From Chiloscyllium plagiosum (Eukaryota), in contig NC_057720.1 of assembly GCF_004010195.1 (NCBI RefSeq), positions 18,076,425 to 18,140,424 of the forward strand: a stretch of 64,000 nt of DNA, read 5' to 3'. Positions 27,206 to 39,639 of the stretch are shown piece by piece. Below the pieces are notes generated by a model. It did no database searches. It was not told the origin of the DNA and worked only from the letters and a program-made list of their open reading frames with translations. How positions within the stretch are numbered: the first letter of the stretch is position 1; each line of letters begins with the position of its first letter. The translations under genes and the position numbers were made by a program.

Positions 27206-27610
27206 GGGCAGCATCATGATTCAGTGGTTAGCATTACTGCCTCACAGCGACTGAGCCCCAGTTCAATTCCAGCATTGGGTGACTGTGTGGAGTTTCCACA
27301 TTCTCCTATGTCTGCATGGGCTTCAACAGGGTGCTCTGATTTCCTTCCACAGTCCAAAAACGTACAGGTTAGGTGGACTGGCCATACTAAATTACACCAT
27401 ATTGTACAGGGATGTGCAGATTAGGTGGATAAGCCATGGTTAATGCTGGGTTATGGGCATAGGGTAGGGGTTTGGGTCTGGGTGGGATGCTCTTTAGAGG
27501 GTTGGTGCTGCGTTGATGGGCTGAATGACCTCGTTTTTTTTAAGATTAGATCAGTTACAGTGTGGAAACAGGCCCTTTGGCCCAACAAGTGCACGCCGAC
27601 CCGGTGTAGA
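27206..27610 (+). mobile_element. HE1-like SINE with an inverted SINE tail at its 3' end
   Basis: gggcagcatcatgattcagtggttagc head; minus-strand tail gattagatcagttacagtgtggaaacagg at about 27540-27605. Confidence 0.75.
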
Positions 27611-30600
27611 AATGCACGGTAGAAATTCTATGAAAGAAATTAAAACACAAAGATCAAAAACGAACAGTCAATTTTAATTATGTGACACTATTTTCTGGAT
27701 TAGTGGTGCTGGAAGAGCACAGCAGTTCAGGCAGAATCCGAGGAGCAGTAAAATCGACATTTCGGGCAAAAGCACTATGGCCAACCAATTAACATCTTGT
27801 TGGAAAGTAGCCTGATTAATTCAAAATACACTACACTAGAACCTCTGGTCAGTAGCAAAAGAACAGTACTACCAGTGGCCTTGGACTTTAGAGTGGAAAC
27901 TTCTCTGTCAATATCTTTTCTGAAGTGGCCCCAGTAAAAGGGAATTGTGATGGGTATAAGCAAATCAGATACAGCCAATCCAACCCAAAGGAACAAACCT
28001 TACTGCCAATGCAGAGTTTAAAACCAGCAATAGTCAATTAGAACTATTTGGAATATTTAATTTCTACTGAACACAGGTACAGACAGTGCTTCTTCACTGC
28101 TGCAAGGCCAACATCCAGCAATTCCATTATTAACACTACCCATTGGGTATCTGCACAACATGGACTAGACTGATTCAAGGCAATGGCTTACCACCACTTT
28201 CACGGGCAATAAATGCTGGCGTAGTCAGACATTCTCTTAACCAGTGAAGGAATTTAAAAAAGCAAATGAAAGACAGGATTAACACCCCAAGTTTCTCTTC
28301 AATTCACTCTCCATCCTGACTTGAAACAATGATGGCTTATTTTTCCACAATCACCGAGTCAGAATCCTGCAAAAGGCTTCCAAAGCACAGCAGGTATACC
28401 CAGACCATTTGAATTGCGACAGTTCAAAAAAGCGGCTCACTGCCACCTTGTTAAGAGAATTAACTATGTACAAATGTGACTTTACTTAAAGATGCATATG
28501 AACATGAATTAGGAACTGCTGCTCTTTGGATAGGTTCATTGGTGATCAGTCTACATTTATATTTTGAATCCCTATATAGTCCCAATGATCTTTAGATTTT
28601 CATTAGGCGAGAGAATCATTCATCGCTACCTTAAAGATACTACAATGATTCTGCCTCTACTTGTTTTCAGAAGTAGAGGGTTGAAATACTTGTATAACCC
28701 TCAGAAAATACTTTTCATCTGTCCTAAAAAACATCCTAATAAATAATTTTTAAAAATCAATTTAAAAAGGTTACTTTTTCTTCCAAAGGAATGAGATGAC
28801 ACACTCAAAATTAACTTTCCACATTCTTTTTGCGAAATCAGTATAACAGTGACAAATGCTTTTAAACTTCAATGCACTTCAATGACCATATTTTCAGCTG
28901 TTTTTATTCAAGAACATGCAGAATTTCTGTAAATATGTCAGCAAGTGAGAGACATTGTGAGTCTGTTAGTTACAGTTGATGAACATGCAACAATGAGAAG
29001 TTCTGATGGCATGGTCGATTATTACTATAGCAAAGTTTAGTGCTTAGCAAGGTTACAACAGGAAGAAAACTGCTTGATTTATTGTGGATGACTGAGTTCT
29101 TAGTTACTGTCACATTGAAAAATTTGGGTTCAAATCTGTCGAAACAAAACTTTCAATGAGTTCAACTTCAGCTACAGGTTACTTCACAGGATGCTAGGTA
29201 ACCACTTTGACTATATATCATTGAGTGCATCCAATAACAGGGTTATGATTAGCTTTAGAAAACCAAAAAAAAACTGGAAGGAAACTTGAGGTGCGTGGAA
29301 CTTTTTGATTATCTGAATGCATGGCAGACAATATCTTTATTATTGCTGATCAAAACTTTAAAATTTTTACTAATGTATCTAAAAATGTATCACATTGGAT
29401 GATCCTGGGTTCCTGAGATTGAGCATTCCATGGAATTATACCCTGAAGGTCCAAGAGGAACTTGGAAAAGTTGCTCTTTGGGGTGAGGGGCAGGAGGGGA
29501 GGTAGTATCAAGGAAATCTTCTGATCATGGCTTCAACTACTACTTGATTCAAGAGGTTGCTTTAAAAGAAAATTCCTTAAATTTTGGTGACCCAGGCCCC
29601 AGACTAATTTGAATGTTTCACATGGGCCCCGTTTACCTAGGTGTGTCCAGTTTGGTCTGAGAAGTCTTTGGCAGTGCTGAACTGGTCCTGATGGAGACTT
29701 AAGGAATTGGAATCCCTATCCTATAGGAATGGCTTTGTAGTATGGGTGGAAGTATTTCCTCAAAAGAACTCTGTTCCTGCATTTCTGTGAAAAAAAATGA
29801 AAGGTACATTGGTACTTGGAGTGTCTAGAATCTTTACAAGTTTATGACCTTTTCAGTGAACTTGCAACAAAAAAAATTACAGATTTCTGGGATCTCTATT
29901 TTTCTGTTTGCTTATTTTTGTTCATCTTGACAGTGTTAAGCCTGCTGAATTCATGTCTCAGAAAGCAGATGAGGCCAAAACAGTGAATATTTTCAAGGAG
30001 TTAGATATAAAGGGATCAAACGGTATGGGAGGAAAGCAAGAATAAGTTGGATCATACAGAATAGCAGATCAGACTCCAAGGTGTATTCTTGCTCCCATTT
30101 TCTATGTTACTATGTTTTATTTTAAAATTTAAACCAGGATGATCCACCATACACACTGCATGATTGGAAAGAACATTGGGCCTGATAACCCAGATATATT
30201 TTACATTCATGCACTGCAAAGATCCCCACAAACAGTTTAAAAATTTTCACGGCTACACGCAACTAAGTAGGATTAAAAGGGCACAACCGCATGTAGTTGT
30301 CGAAGCAATGTTTTCCAGAAAGTCAAACTTATCATATTGCACAGCTTCTTGTACATCAAACTGATTTTCCACTCAACAGATGAAGTGTTTTAACAAAGTA
30401 TATAATCTAGATTACTCACAGCTTCAGACATAACGAATGACTCACTGCAATTATTATAATAAAACTGCCAAAATAATTAAATGGATCAAATTAATTGCCT
30501 AAACATTTGATTTCTGACATTAGAATAATTAAATACTTGTTAGTTAGGTTGGATATAGCATCAAAGTGAACATGAGAACTCTAGATTTCTTGTATGCACA

Positions 30601-31309
30601 ATCTACTTAGACATATCCTGCAGTTGAGAAGTCAAGGTTCAGATTTAGCTTTTCACAATGACTGATGAGGAGCAGTGTGTGAAAACGTGGCTTTTGTTGC
30701 CCTCTGTATGAACTTTTTAGTCCTTCAAGATGATTATCACTAGTCTCACACATTTGTCGCATCTTTTGTTCTTCTGTTAATGACAATAAAATGAAACCTG
30801 TATAAGATCATTTAAACTACTACACCACAAGTCTTCAACAGGCACTTCTCCTGACTTAACACTACATTCTTCTTTGTCCAAAGGTTCCAACAAATTACTC
30901 GCTTCCACATTTCTGCATTAAGTTTCTCATAAGATTCCTAAAATAGGTCAAGTTCTTTGCTAATCTGCTGTTTTAGGGTGAAGATTAAATATAGACACAG
31001 ACTTAGTGTGGTAAGGCTCATTGGGAAGCTAGATATGCTGATAAATGTATTAAGGGTTCAATGCTGTTCAAAGCATGTTCTTACAAATAAAAGATTATTT
31101 TACCAAGCATGCTTGCTGCTTGTTAACTTGAGAATAAAATTACTGGCTAAGTGCAATTTCCCCATATATTACACATTGAGAATTGTTGACTAATAAGGGG
31201 AAAAAAACTATTTTTAATCTGAGTTTCTCTTTTCTAGTTTTCTGCATAATCTCCCTGCTATCAATGTTCACCCTCATATGGAATGAATACAACACAATGC
31301 TCCAAATAA

Positions 31310-31430
31310 ATTCCAATCGACCTGTTCAGAGGTGCTATTGCACACTTCTGGATCAGTGGGACTTGAAACTGGGTCTCCTGGCTCCGAGGTAGGGGCAATA
31401 CTTGTGGCCCACAAGAGCCCTTTCTAACAT
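31310..31430 (-). mobile_element. Short tRNA-derived SINE (related copy at about 12230-12335, plus)
   Basis: Minus strand gggctcttgtgg...cccagtttcaagtccca...ctctgaacaggtcg. Confidence 0.55.
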
Positions 31431-32164
31431 GCCGATGGTGAAGCTCCTTCACAAGGGATAACCTACAGTGATTGATGATTGAATCAGAAATATATAAGTA
31501 CCAATGCGTTGCTGGTGCAATTATTCTCAGTAAGTCAAAGGTTAAGCATTTATGAATGATGCTGAAATGGTGGAATGCAGAAGTGCTGCACTTCCACAAT
31601 GAAAGGATTTGCAAAGAAAGTCATTACGTGTTTTCTTTTGCCAGAGACAATGGAATTAACTTCTTAAAATTGTTCCATGCAAAATTATCCTTAAACGAAA
31701 ATAATAAATTTGTTCATGACATATAACGTCTGAATATAAGTAGCAAATCTCTAATCACTCAGGGTTAGCTCTCACTTTTAGTCAACATCTATGAGAAGTA
31801 CCTTTTTTTGACAGCAAAGAAAATATTTTAATTAATTACTATTTCCTGATTACCCATACTCGTACAACAGAACTTTACCTTAACAAAACATTCTTAAAAA
31901 GAAGTATGATTACATTCCTTGAGTATTATGGAAAAGCTTATAGTTGTCAAAGCTTTTTATTTTGTACATATCAGGACAATTCTGAGAAATATTCATTAAT
32001 CTGCCAAATTTTGTTTGAGTTTGAAACAAGGCAGGTCGACTCTCAGTCTATGGGAAATAGATCAGTGAATGGTTGCTACTCACTTTATTGTGTTAAAATA
32101 AGTACAGTGCACGTACATATGTTCCTTATGTCTACAAAGATCAAGGCCCTGTGTATCAGTAGAA

Positions 32165-32372
32165 GTGAAAGTAAAGTTTCCATAGTCCTAGAAGATCATA
32201 GGGCTCTTCTCTCACTGGAGAGACGTCTGTTGGTGAACTTAACCTGAGGGCTACCCCACATCAGATGAATGTTAAGGTTGAGAAGGAAGACTGTCATGGT
32301 AACCTCAGACGGGAATTAAACCATTGGTGTTACACTGCAACAGCAACCAGCCATTCAGCCAACTGAGCTAAC
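32165..32372 (-). mobile_element. tRNA-derived SINE (related fragment at about 51970-52110)
   Basis: Minus strand agttagctcagttggctgaatggctgg...ggtttaattccc...tgaggttaccatga. Confidence 0.6.
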
Positions 32373-35300
32373 TGAATAAACTGATTGTCAGCACAATTCA
32401 TTGTGCATTTTGGATCTTATAGCAAATGCTGTACAACTGTGGAATCACAACTAATGTTGACCATGGGGGCTAATTGGGTGTGGTCAGTATCTTGCTTGTT
32501 GCAAATAGCTGAAGGGATATACTGTAATGAACAATTCATCAGTCATTGGGGTGTATGGCCAACATACCTAGTATCACACTGGCATATGAAATTAATTTAT
32601 CACATTATGCATTTGAGAGATAGCTCATCTTTTCGGTTTGATGGCAGTATCCTGCTAGTAGCAGTGTAAAAAAGCTAGTTTCATTTGTTGCTGAAAATTT
32701 TGAGAAACTTCACCTTTTCAAGGTAATTTGAGGTGAACTCAGCACCTTTCAGGACAACAGTGATGTCTTCGGTCCATCAATGAGTTCACAGAATATACAG
32801 TGAGAAATGATCTGATGAGGGTCGCTATTATCATGAAGGATGGCTTTGTTGGGCCCTATCTCAGTATCAAGCACACACTGCATAAAAATTGCTGGAGTCC
32901 TATTTATGAAGTTGCCAATAAGACCAATCTTAGAGTGAGTGTAGCTCCAGGAATTCCAATATGTTCACTGACCAGAGGAAGCAAGTTTATGGTTGATAAG
33001 AGTAGAGAATTCCCTGACTGATCTGTCAACTAGGACATCAAAAAAAAAGGAGTTCATTTGAATGTTCTATTTAAAAGGTGACTTTGAGTACAGGATTGAG
33101 TCCATTAAGACATGCAAGGGAATTTTTATATGAAACTGCAGATTCAAATATAACAAACACATCATCTACAAATCAGAAACTGGCAGGGGGTAGGAGGTTA
33201 GTTGCTATTCTAATGAACCCAACAAGGATGTTTGGGAGGGCTGAATCTAGCAGGAATCCATTACAATACAAACTATTCGGGAATATGAGGTAACAATAAA
33301 TCTGATCGGAACAGTCTGAGTTGCTAAGTTCGTAAGTTCAATGACTATGGATTCATACAATGGTGGCAGACTTGGATCCTCATAATACCATGCTACAGTA
33401 CAATATTAAAAATTGCTATCGTATTATATTATTACATTATAATATGATCGTTATATACTATTATAATAGCAATATTTTATATTGTACTTTATCACCACAG
33501 AAACCCTGCGTGGTCTTCACAAATGTGAAGGAATCTTCCCTATGTAGGGAAAGCTTAATCAAAATGCTGGCAGCAATTCATCCAACCATTTGGTTAGTTC
33601 ATGCTCCGCAGAACCACTCATAAATAAGGTACGAGCATAAAAGGACATTACCTGTGAGCACTTTGGACAGCCTATACAAATGTTGATCTTGGATATGTGG
33701 GGGCAGAGTACTTGGCTATCTTAATTCTTAGATCGACAGATTCTCAATCTGCAGGAGAATCAAGGATTACAGGGAGACAGCAGGAAAGTGGATGTGAGGA
33801 ATGTTGGATTAGCTGAGATCCTATCGAATGACAGAGCAGGCTTGAGGGGCTGGATGGCCTAATCCAGTTTCCACAAGGTCAAACACTATCAAGTGTATCA
33901 CCCTGTAGCTCACTGCTTTTACACATGTCCACTAAGTGCTTTTCAGGCTGACTTTCCAGTAAGGCTGTCTCGTCAGGCTGAGTTTCAGGTCCAGTGGATA
34001 TAAGTTTGCACACATCATTAAGAATGGCACACATTTTATGATATAATCATGCTTGTAAAGGACAACTATTCCAGTTCCTTTTAACAGGTTGGTATTGAGG
34101 CACCACAACACTGCCAAATATTCACATTTAATGTGAGAATTGACTGAATCATGACTAAATCCCCCAATACGCATGTGCTAGATTAACTAGGCACACTTTC
34201 AAGGATTCATCATCTTCAGTGGACCCTTGTTTGTAGTTAGCTGGGAGCCCACGAGTCCAAGTTTAGTAAGTACCTCTTCCTGTTTGACGTGGCCCAGAGA
34301 CACATTAAAACTGAAACCATGTGCAAGAACAAACTTGTTTTCAGAGTATATGCATATCAGAAAGATGTAGTGTGTTTACTGGCATTATTAATTGCATTGT
34401 CAAACTTCTGCTTAAGTGAATTTATGGTGTAGGCGTTTTAAATGAGGACTGTTTAAGGTGTGGTCATCTATTGAAGCAAGATAGAGGCAGAAATAGATAA
34501 AATCAAACAAATGAAAACAAATTGCATACTTCAAATAAAGCACAGCATAGGACATGGTGTAAATTAGTAACCTTATTTCCAAGCTATTCAACCTCATCTC
34601 GCTTAAATGCGTAATCAATCATGGGATGTGTGTAAATGTACACAAATGTAACTGTCATTTTCCCTTTATTTTGGCAATTCTTGTGAATTGCCCTGATTTG
34701 TGCAAGATGAAAAGCTTTGACAAAATGTCTTTTTCACAAACACTCAAGGTCTGCACTACCAAACAATTCTATGATTACATTCAGGCTTTCATTCAGAATC
34801 TCCTTCCAAACTTAAATAGTCATTTTCTAACTTTCCATTCATGCAAACATTTTTCCAAGAAGTTCAAGTTCTGCCTGAAAATACATCTGATGGAACTATC
34901 TAAGGTAAATTACAATATAGTCCTCTCTAAGTTTTTGCCAAGTTCTTCTGCACTTGCTACTTTAGCTTTTAGCTGTGCTATTACTCTACTTGCTCACCAT
35001 AGTTGGGGAATCAGTTACTTTGCATCATGGCTCATTATGACTATCAAAAGTCAAATTAAGAAAGTTGAAGAGATAGCTTTATTTTGTGCTACATGTCTTA
35101 AGTCAGAAATTCATAAGTTACTTTTACTCAAACATTTGTTTTCAGTTTTCATTTTCAGTAATTAGCTACAAGAAGCCGTAAGCAAATAATGATGAGTTCT
35201 GGCAAGTTCTGTGAATGGTCAGTCTTGGTGTCAACCATAAAGAAATTGTATGATCAGATTGCTGTGTGACAAATGAACATCTTTGTTATATTAAAGAATA

Positions 35301-36594
35301 AAATGTGACGGAAGTGAACGCAACTGGCAGGAAACGTGCATTAAATTTATTTTTACATTATACTTGTGGATTGCCCATGGGTTTGCATTATAATTTGAGC
35401 TGACACTTCAACCATCAGCAGGATGTCACCAAACATTTAACTAGATCAATACTGATGACACTAAAAAACGTGTGAAGCCAAAAGTACCGTTTTTAAAAAA
35501 ATAATGATATAAGCTACTAATGTTTTCCAGAGCTTGGCAATCTAACAGCTGCTGTGTCGAGAGCTACATCTAGATAGCAAATATATCTTTTTCTCAATGT
35601 TGGAGTATGTGTTCCAATACTACATCAATTTTAAAAGTAGCTATTTGTATTCTTGTCTGGAATGACACTGTTGTTATTCAAACAAACAACCGAGGCAGTT
35701 CAAAAGCCACATTATCCTAGAATTTGCAAAAAACGTTTTTTCATTTTTCTGTTGGCATATATTCTGATAACAGATCCTCTCTGATGCGAGTACGTTAGGT
35801 GATCAGTATTTCTTGAACTTGTGTTTTGAAAAAGATTGAAACATAAATTTAAAGATGATTTAAAAAAAGATTGTATTAATTCCCAAGCTTGATGGAAGTC
35901 TAGAATATGCAATGCACATCTCATTTAACAGTTTTACATTGACAACATCTGGCTCTCCTCACCCACAATTCTCAAGGGGCAGACATTTATTGCAACTACA
36001 TGTTGGGAAATAGAAGCCGTGGTCTTCAGTACCCAACACAAACTCCATTCCCTAACCATTGCCTATATCACTTTCTTTCTGGTAACTGATGTAGTGCCAC
36101 CTCTGCACTTTTAAACCCACCTGTGTCAGCTTATCTGCTGTTGAAAGAGCACCCCGTTTTTCTTATCTCAAAAGTTGACTATGTTAACACTCCTGGTAGC
36201 CTTTCACCTTCCACCCACCATAAACTTGATGTCTTCCACAACTCTCATGCGCACGTTCTAACTTAAATTTGGTTGGACTCAATCATCGCTCCTGCGCACA
36301 ATGACCAAGAAAATGGCTCCTGGTCAAGCAAGATCTTGATTTTAAAAATATCACTCTCGCTTTTAAAATCCTCCAAAGTCTCACCCTTCCATTACTTCTA
36401 ACCTTGAGCCCTGTAACTGAGCTTTGTACTCTTTACATTTTGGCCTCTTGCAACCCTCAATGTTAATCTTGCCACAAATGGCATTTAGTGGCCAGGAATA
36501 TAAGCTCCGCAATTCTCTCCCTAACCCACTCTTATTTTCTATTCTTCTTTGCTCCTTTAAGGTACTTCTCTGCACTTCTCCTTTAAAAAACTTA

Positions 36595-38900
36595 CAATTC
36601 TGTAAGTTTTAGAGTACTCGTGGATAAAGAGGAGAGTGGTCCTAAGGGAAGAGTGCTAAACTGGGCCAAGACCAATTATATCAAAATTAGGCAGGAGCTC
36701 TGAAATGTGGATTGGACACAACTATTTGAAGGGAATTCCACATTTGAGATGTGGGACGCTTTCAAAGATAGGTTAACAGTAGTACAAGATAGGCGTGTCC
36801 CGTTGATGGTAAAAGATAGGGAGGGCAAGGTTCGTGAACCGTGGATGACAGGAGAAATTGTACGACGAGCCAAGAGGAAAGGGAAAGCATATATAAGGTG
36901 TCGGCAGCTAAGAACAGAACGGGCCCTGGAAGAATATCGGAAGAGTAGGACAAGTCTTAAATGAGGAATCAAGCAGGCTAAAAGGGGTAATGAAATAGCT
37001 TTAGTGAGCAGAATTAAGGAGAATCCCAAAGCATTTTGTTCTTATATAAGACGCAAGTGGGTAACTAGAGAAAAAATTGGTCCACTAAAGGATAACGAAG
37101 GAAGGCTGTGTGTCGAACCTGAGAGAATGGGTGAGATTCTGAATGATTACTTTGCATCAGTGTTCACTGAGGAGAGGAACATGATGAGATTAGATATAGA
37201 AGTTTGATTAATCTGGATCATGTTAACATAAGTAGGGAAGATGTGTTGGGTAGGCTAGAGGTTATTAAGGTGGACAAATCCCCAGGACCGGATGGGATCT
37301 ATCCCAAGTTGCTGAGGGAGGTGAGAGGGGAAATAGCTGGGGCCCTGACAGATATCTTTGTGGCATCCTTAAACACAGTTGAGGTGCTGGAGGACTGGAG
37401 GGTTGCTCATGTTGTCCCCCTGTACAAGAAGGGTAGTAGGGATATTCCAGGTAACTACAGACCAGTGAGCCTGACGTCCATGGTGGGAAAGTTGCTGGAG
37501 AAGGTATTGAGGGATAGGATCTATTTATATTTTAGAAAAGAATGGGCTTATCAGTGATAGGCAACATGGTTTTGTGCGGGGGAGATTGTGCCGTACCAAC
37601 TTAATAGAGTTCTTCAAAGAAGTGACCAAGTTGATAGATGGAGGAAGGGCTGTTGTCATATACATGGACTTTAGTAAGGTGTTTGATAAGGTTCCCCATG
37701 GTAGACTAATGGAGAAAGTGAAGTCATATGGTGTGCAGGGTGTTCCAGCTAGGTGGATGAAGAACTGGTTGAGCAGCAGGAGACAGAGAGTAGTAGTTGA
37801 AGGGAGTTTCTCAAAGTGGAGAAAGGTGACCAGTGGTGTTCCACAGGGGTTAGTGTTGGGGCCACTGTTGTTTGTAATATACATAAATGATCTGGAAGAG
37901 GGCACTCTTGGTATGATCAGCAAGTTTGCAGATGACACAAAGATTGGTGGAGTAGCAGAAAGCATAAGGGACTGTCAGAGAGTACAGGAGGATATAGATA
38001 GACTGGAGAGTTGGGTGAAAAAGTGGCAGATGGATTTCAATGCAGACTAATAAGAGGTGATGCATTTAGGCAAGACTAATTTGAGAGCGAATTATATAAT
38101 GAACGGAAGAGCCTTGGGAAAAATTGATGGGCAGAGAGATCTGGGAGTGCAGGTCCATTGTACCCTGAAGGTTGCTGCACAGGTGGATAGAGTGGTCAAG
38201 AAGGCATATAGTATGCTTGCCTTCATTGGACGGGGTATTGAGTATAAGAGCTGGCAAGTCATGTTAAAATTGTACAAGACATTGGTTCGGCTGCATTTAG
38301 AATACTGTGTACAGTTCTGGTCGCTACATTACCAAAAAGGATGTGGACGCTTTGGAGAAGGTGCAGAGAAGATTTATGAGGATGTTGCCTGGTATGGAAG
38401 ATGCTAGCTATGAAGAAAGGTTGAGTAGGTTAGGTTTATTTTCATTAGAAAAAAGGAGATGGAGGGGGGACCTGATTGAGGTTTATAAAAACATGAAGGG
38501 TATAGACAGGGTGGATAGAGACAAGCTTTGTCCCAGGGTGAAGGATTCAATTACGAGAGGTCACACTTTCAAGGTCAGAGGTGGAAAGTTTAAGGGGGAT
38601 ACACGCGGCAAATACTTCACACAGAGGGTGGTGGGCATTTGGAACGTGTTGCCAGCAGAGGTGGTAGAGGCAGGCACGGTAGATTCATTTAAGATGCTTC
38701 TGGATAAATGCATGAGTAGGTGGGGCGGTAAAGGGATACAGATGCTTAGGAATTGACCGACAGGTTTAGACATTACCGTAATGTCCAGGGATGTGCAAGC
38801 TCAGTGGATTGGCCATGGGAAATACATTACAGGATCGGCTCAGGCTTGGAGGGCCGAAGGGTCAGTTCCTGGGCTGTAATGTTTCTTTGTTCTTTGTTCT
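36595..38900 (+). mobile_element. CR1 LINE, 2.3 kb of ORF2 (RT) plus 3' UTR, frameshifted; inserted into an older L2-like fragment (about 35940-36594 and 38901-39040)
   Basis: Peptides [67 protein letters not shown] and HLEYCVQFWS; (ttctttg)n tail. Confidence 0.95.
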
Positions 38901-39043
38901 CAAACCTACCTATGTGACCAAGCTTTTGGTCACCTGTATTAATATCTCCTCCTGTGGCTTGCTGTCAAACTTTACCTGATAATGGTACAATGAAGTGCTT
39001 AGAAATGTTTTACTAAATTATACCTCTACAATATAAATTATTG

Positions 39044-39256
39044 GAGAAAGTGAAGACTGCAGATGTTGGAGATCAGAGCTGAAAAATGTGTTGCCGGAAA
39101 AGTGCAGCAGGTCAGGCAGCATCCAAGGAGCAGGAGAATCGACATTTCGGGCATAAGCCCTTCCTGAAGAAGGACTTATGCCCGAAACGTCGATTCTCCT
39201 GCTCCTTGGATGCTGCCTGACCTGCTGCGCTTTTCCGGCAACACATTTTTCAGCTC
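39044..39256. mobile_element. Inverted pair of Penelope-derived hammerhead mini-elements (fold-back)
   Basis: About 39076-39163 is the near-perfect reverse complement of about 39167-39256. TSD caatataaattattg at 39029-39043 and 39256-39270. Confidence 0.85.
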
Positions 39257-39319
39257 AATATAAATTATTGTTAATGTTTAGAAAATTCTGCAAGATTTGG
39301 AGATAAAAGATTTGTCATG

Positions 39320-39635
39320 GTTATGGGATGTGCCTCAGTGCCAGGGACCTAAGTTTGATTTTAGCCTTGGTCGACTGTCAGTGTGGAGTTTGCACACTCC
39401 CCATGTGTCTGCGTGGGTTTCTACTGACTGTTTCGTTTTTCTCCCGCAGTCCAAAACTGTGCAGATTAGATAGGCAGGCCATGTTACATTCCCCGTAATG
39501 ACCAGGGATGTGCAAGCTAAGTGGATTGGCCATGGGAAATACAATCCTACTGGGATAGAGTGGGGGCTGGGTCTGAGTGAAATGCTTGTTGGAAGGTTGG
39601 TGTGGACTCGATGGGCTGAATTGCCTCTTGTGTTG
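39320..39635 (+). mobile_element. HE1-like SINE (diverged, 5' eroded)
   Basis: tgcctcagtgccagggacct...gtgtggagtttgcacactcccc...gtggactcgatgggctgaa. Confidence 0.8.
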
Positions 39636-39639
39636 TAGT

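Noticed and set aside
34626..35165. 179-aa ORF in unique sequence
   Set aside because: AT-rich, no recognisable domain, no splice support, antisense within an intron; likely chance.
36587..36610. 10-bp perfect inverted repeat at the CR1 5' junction
   Set aside because: AT-rich and partly explained by target-site sequence; cannot be separated from chance.
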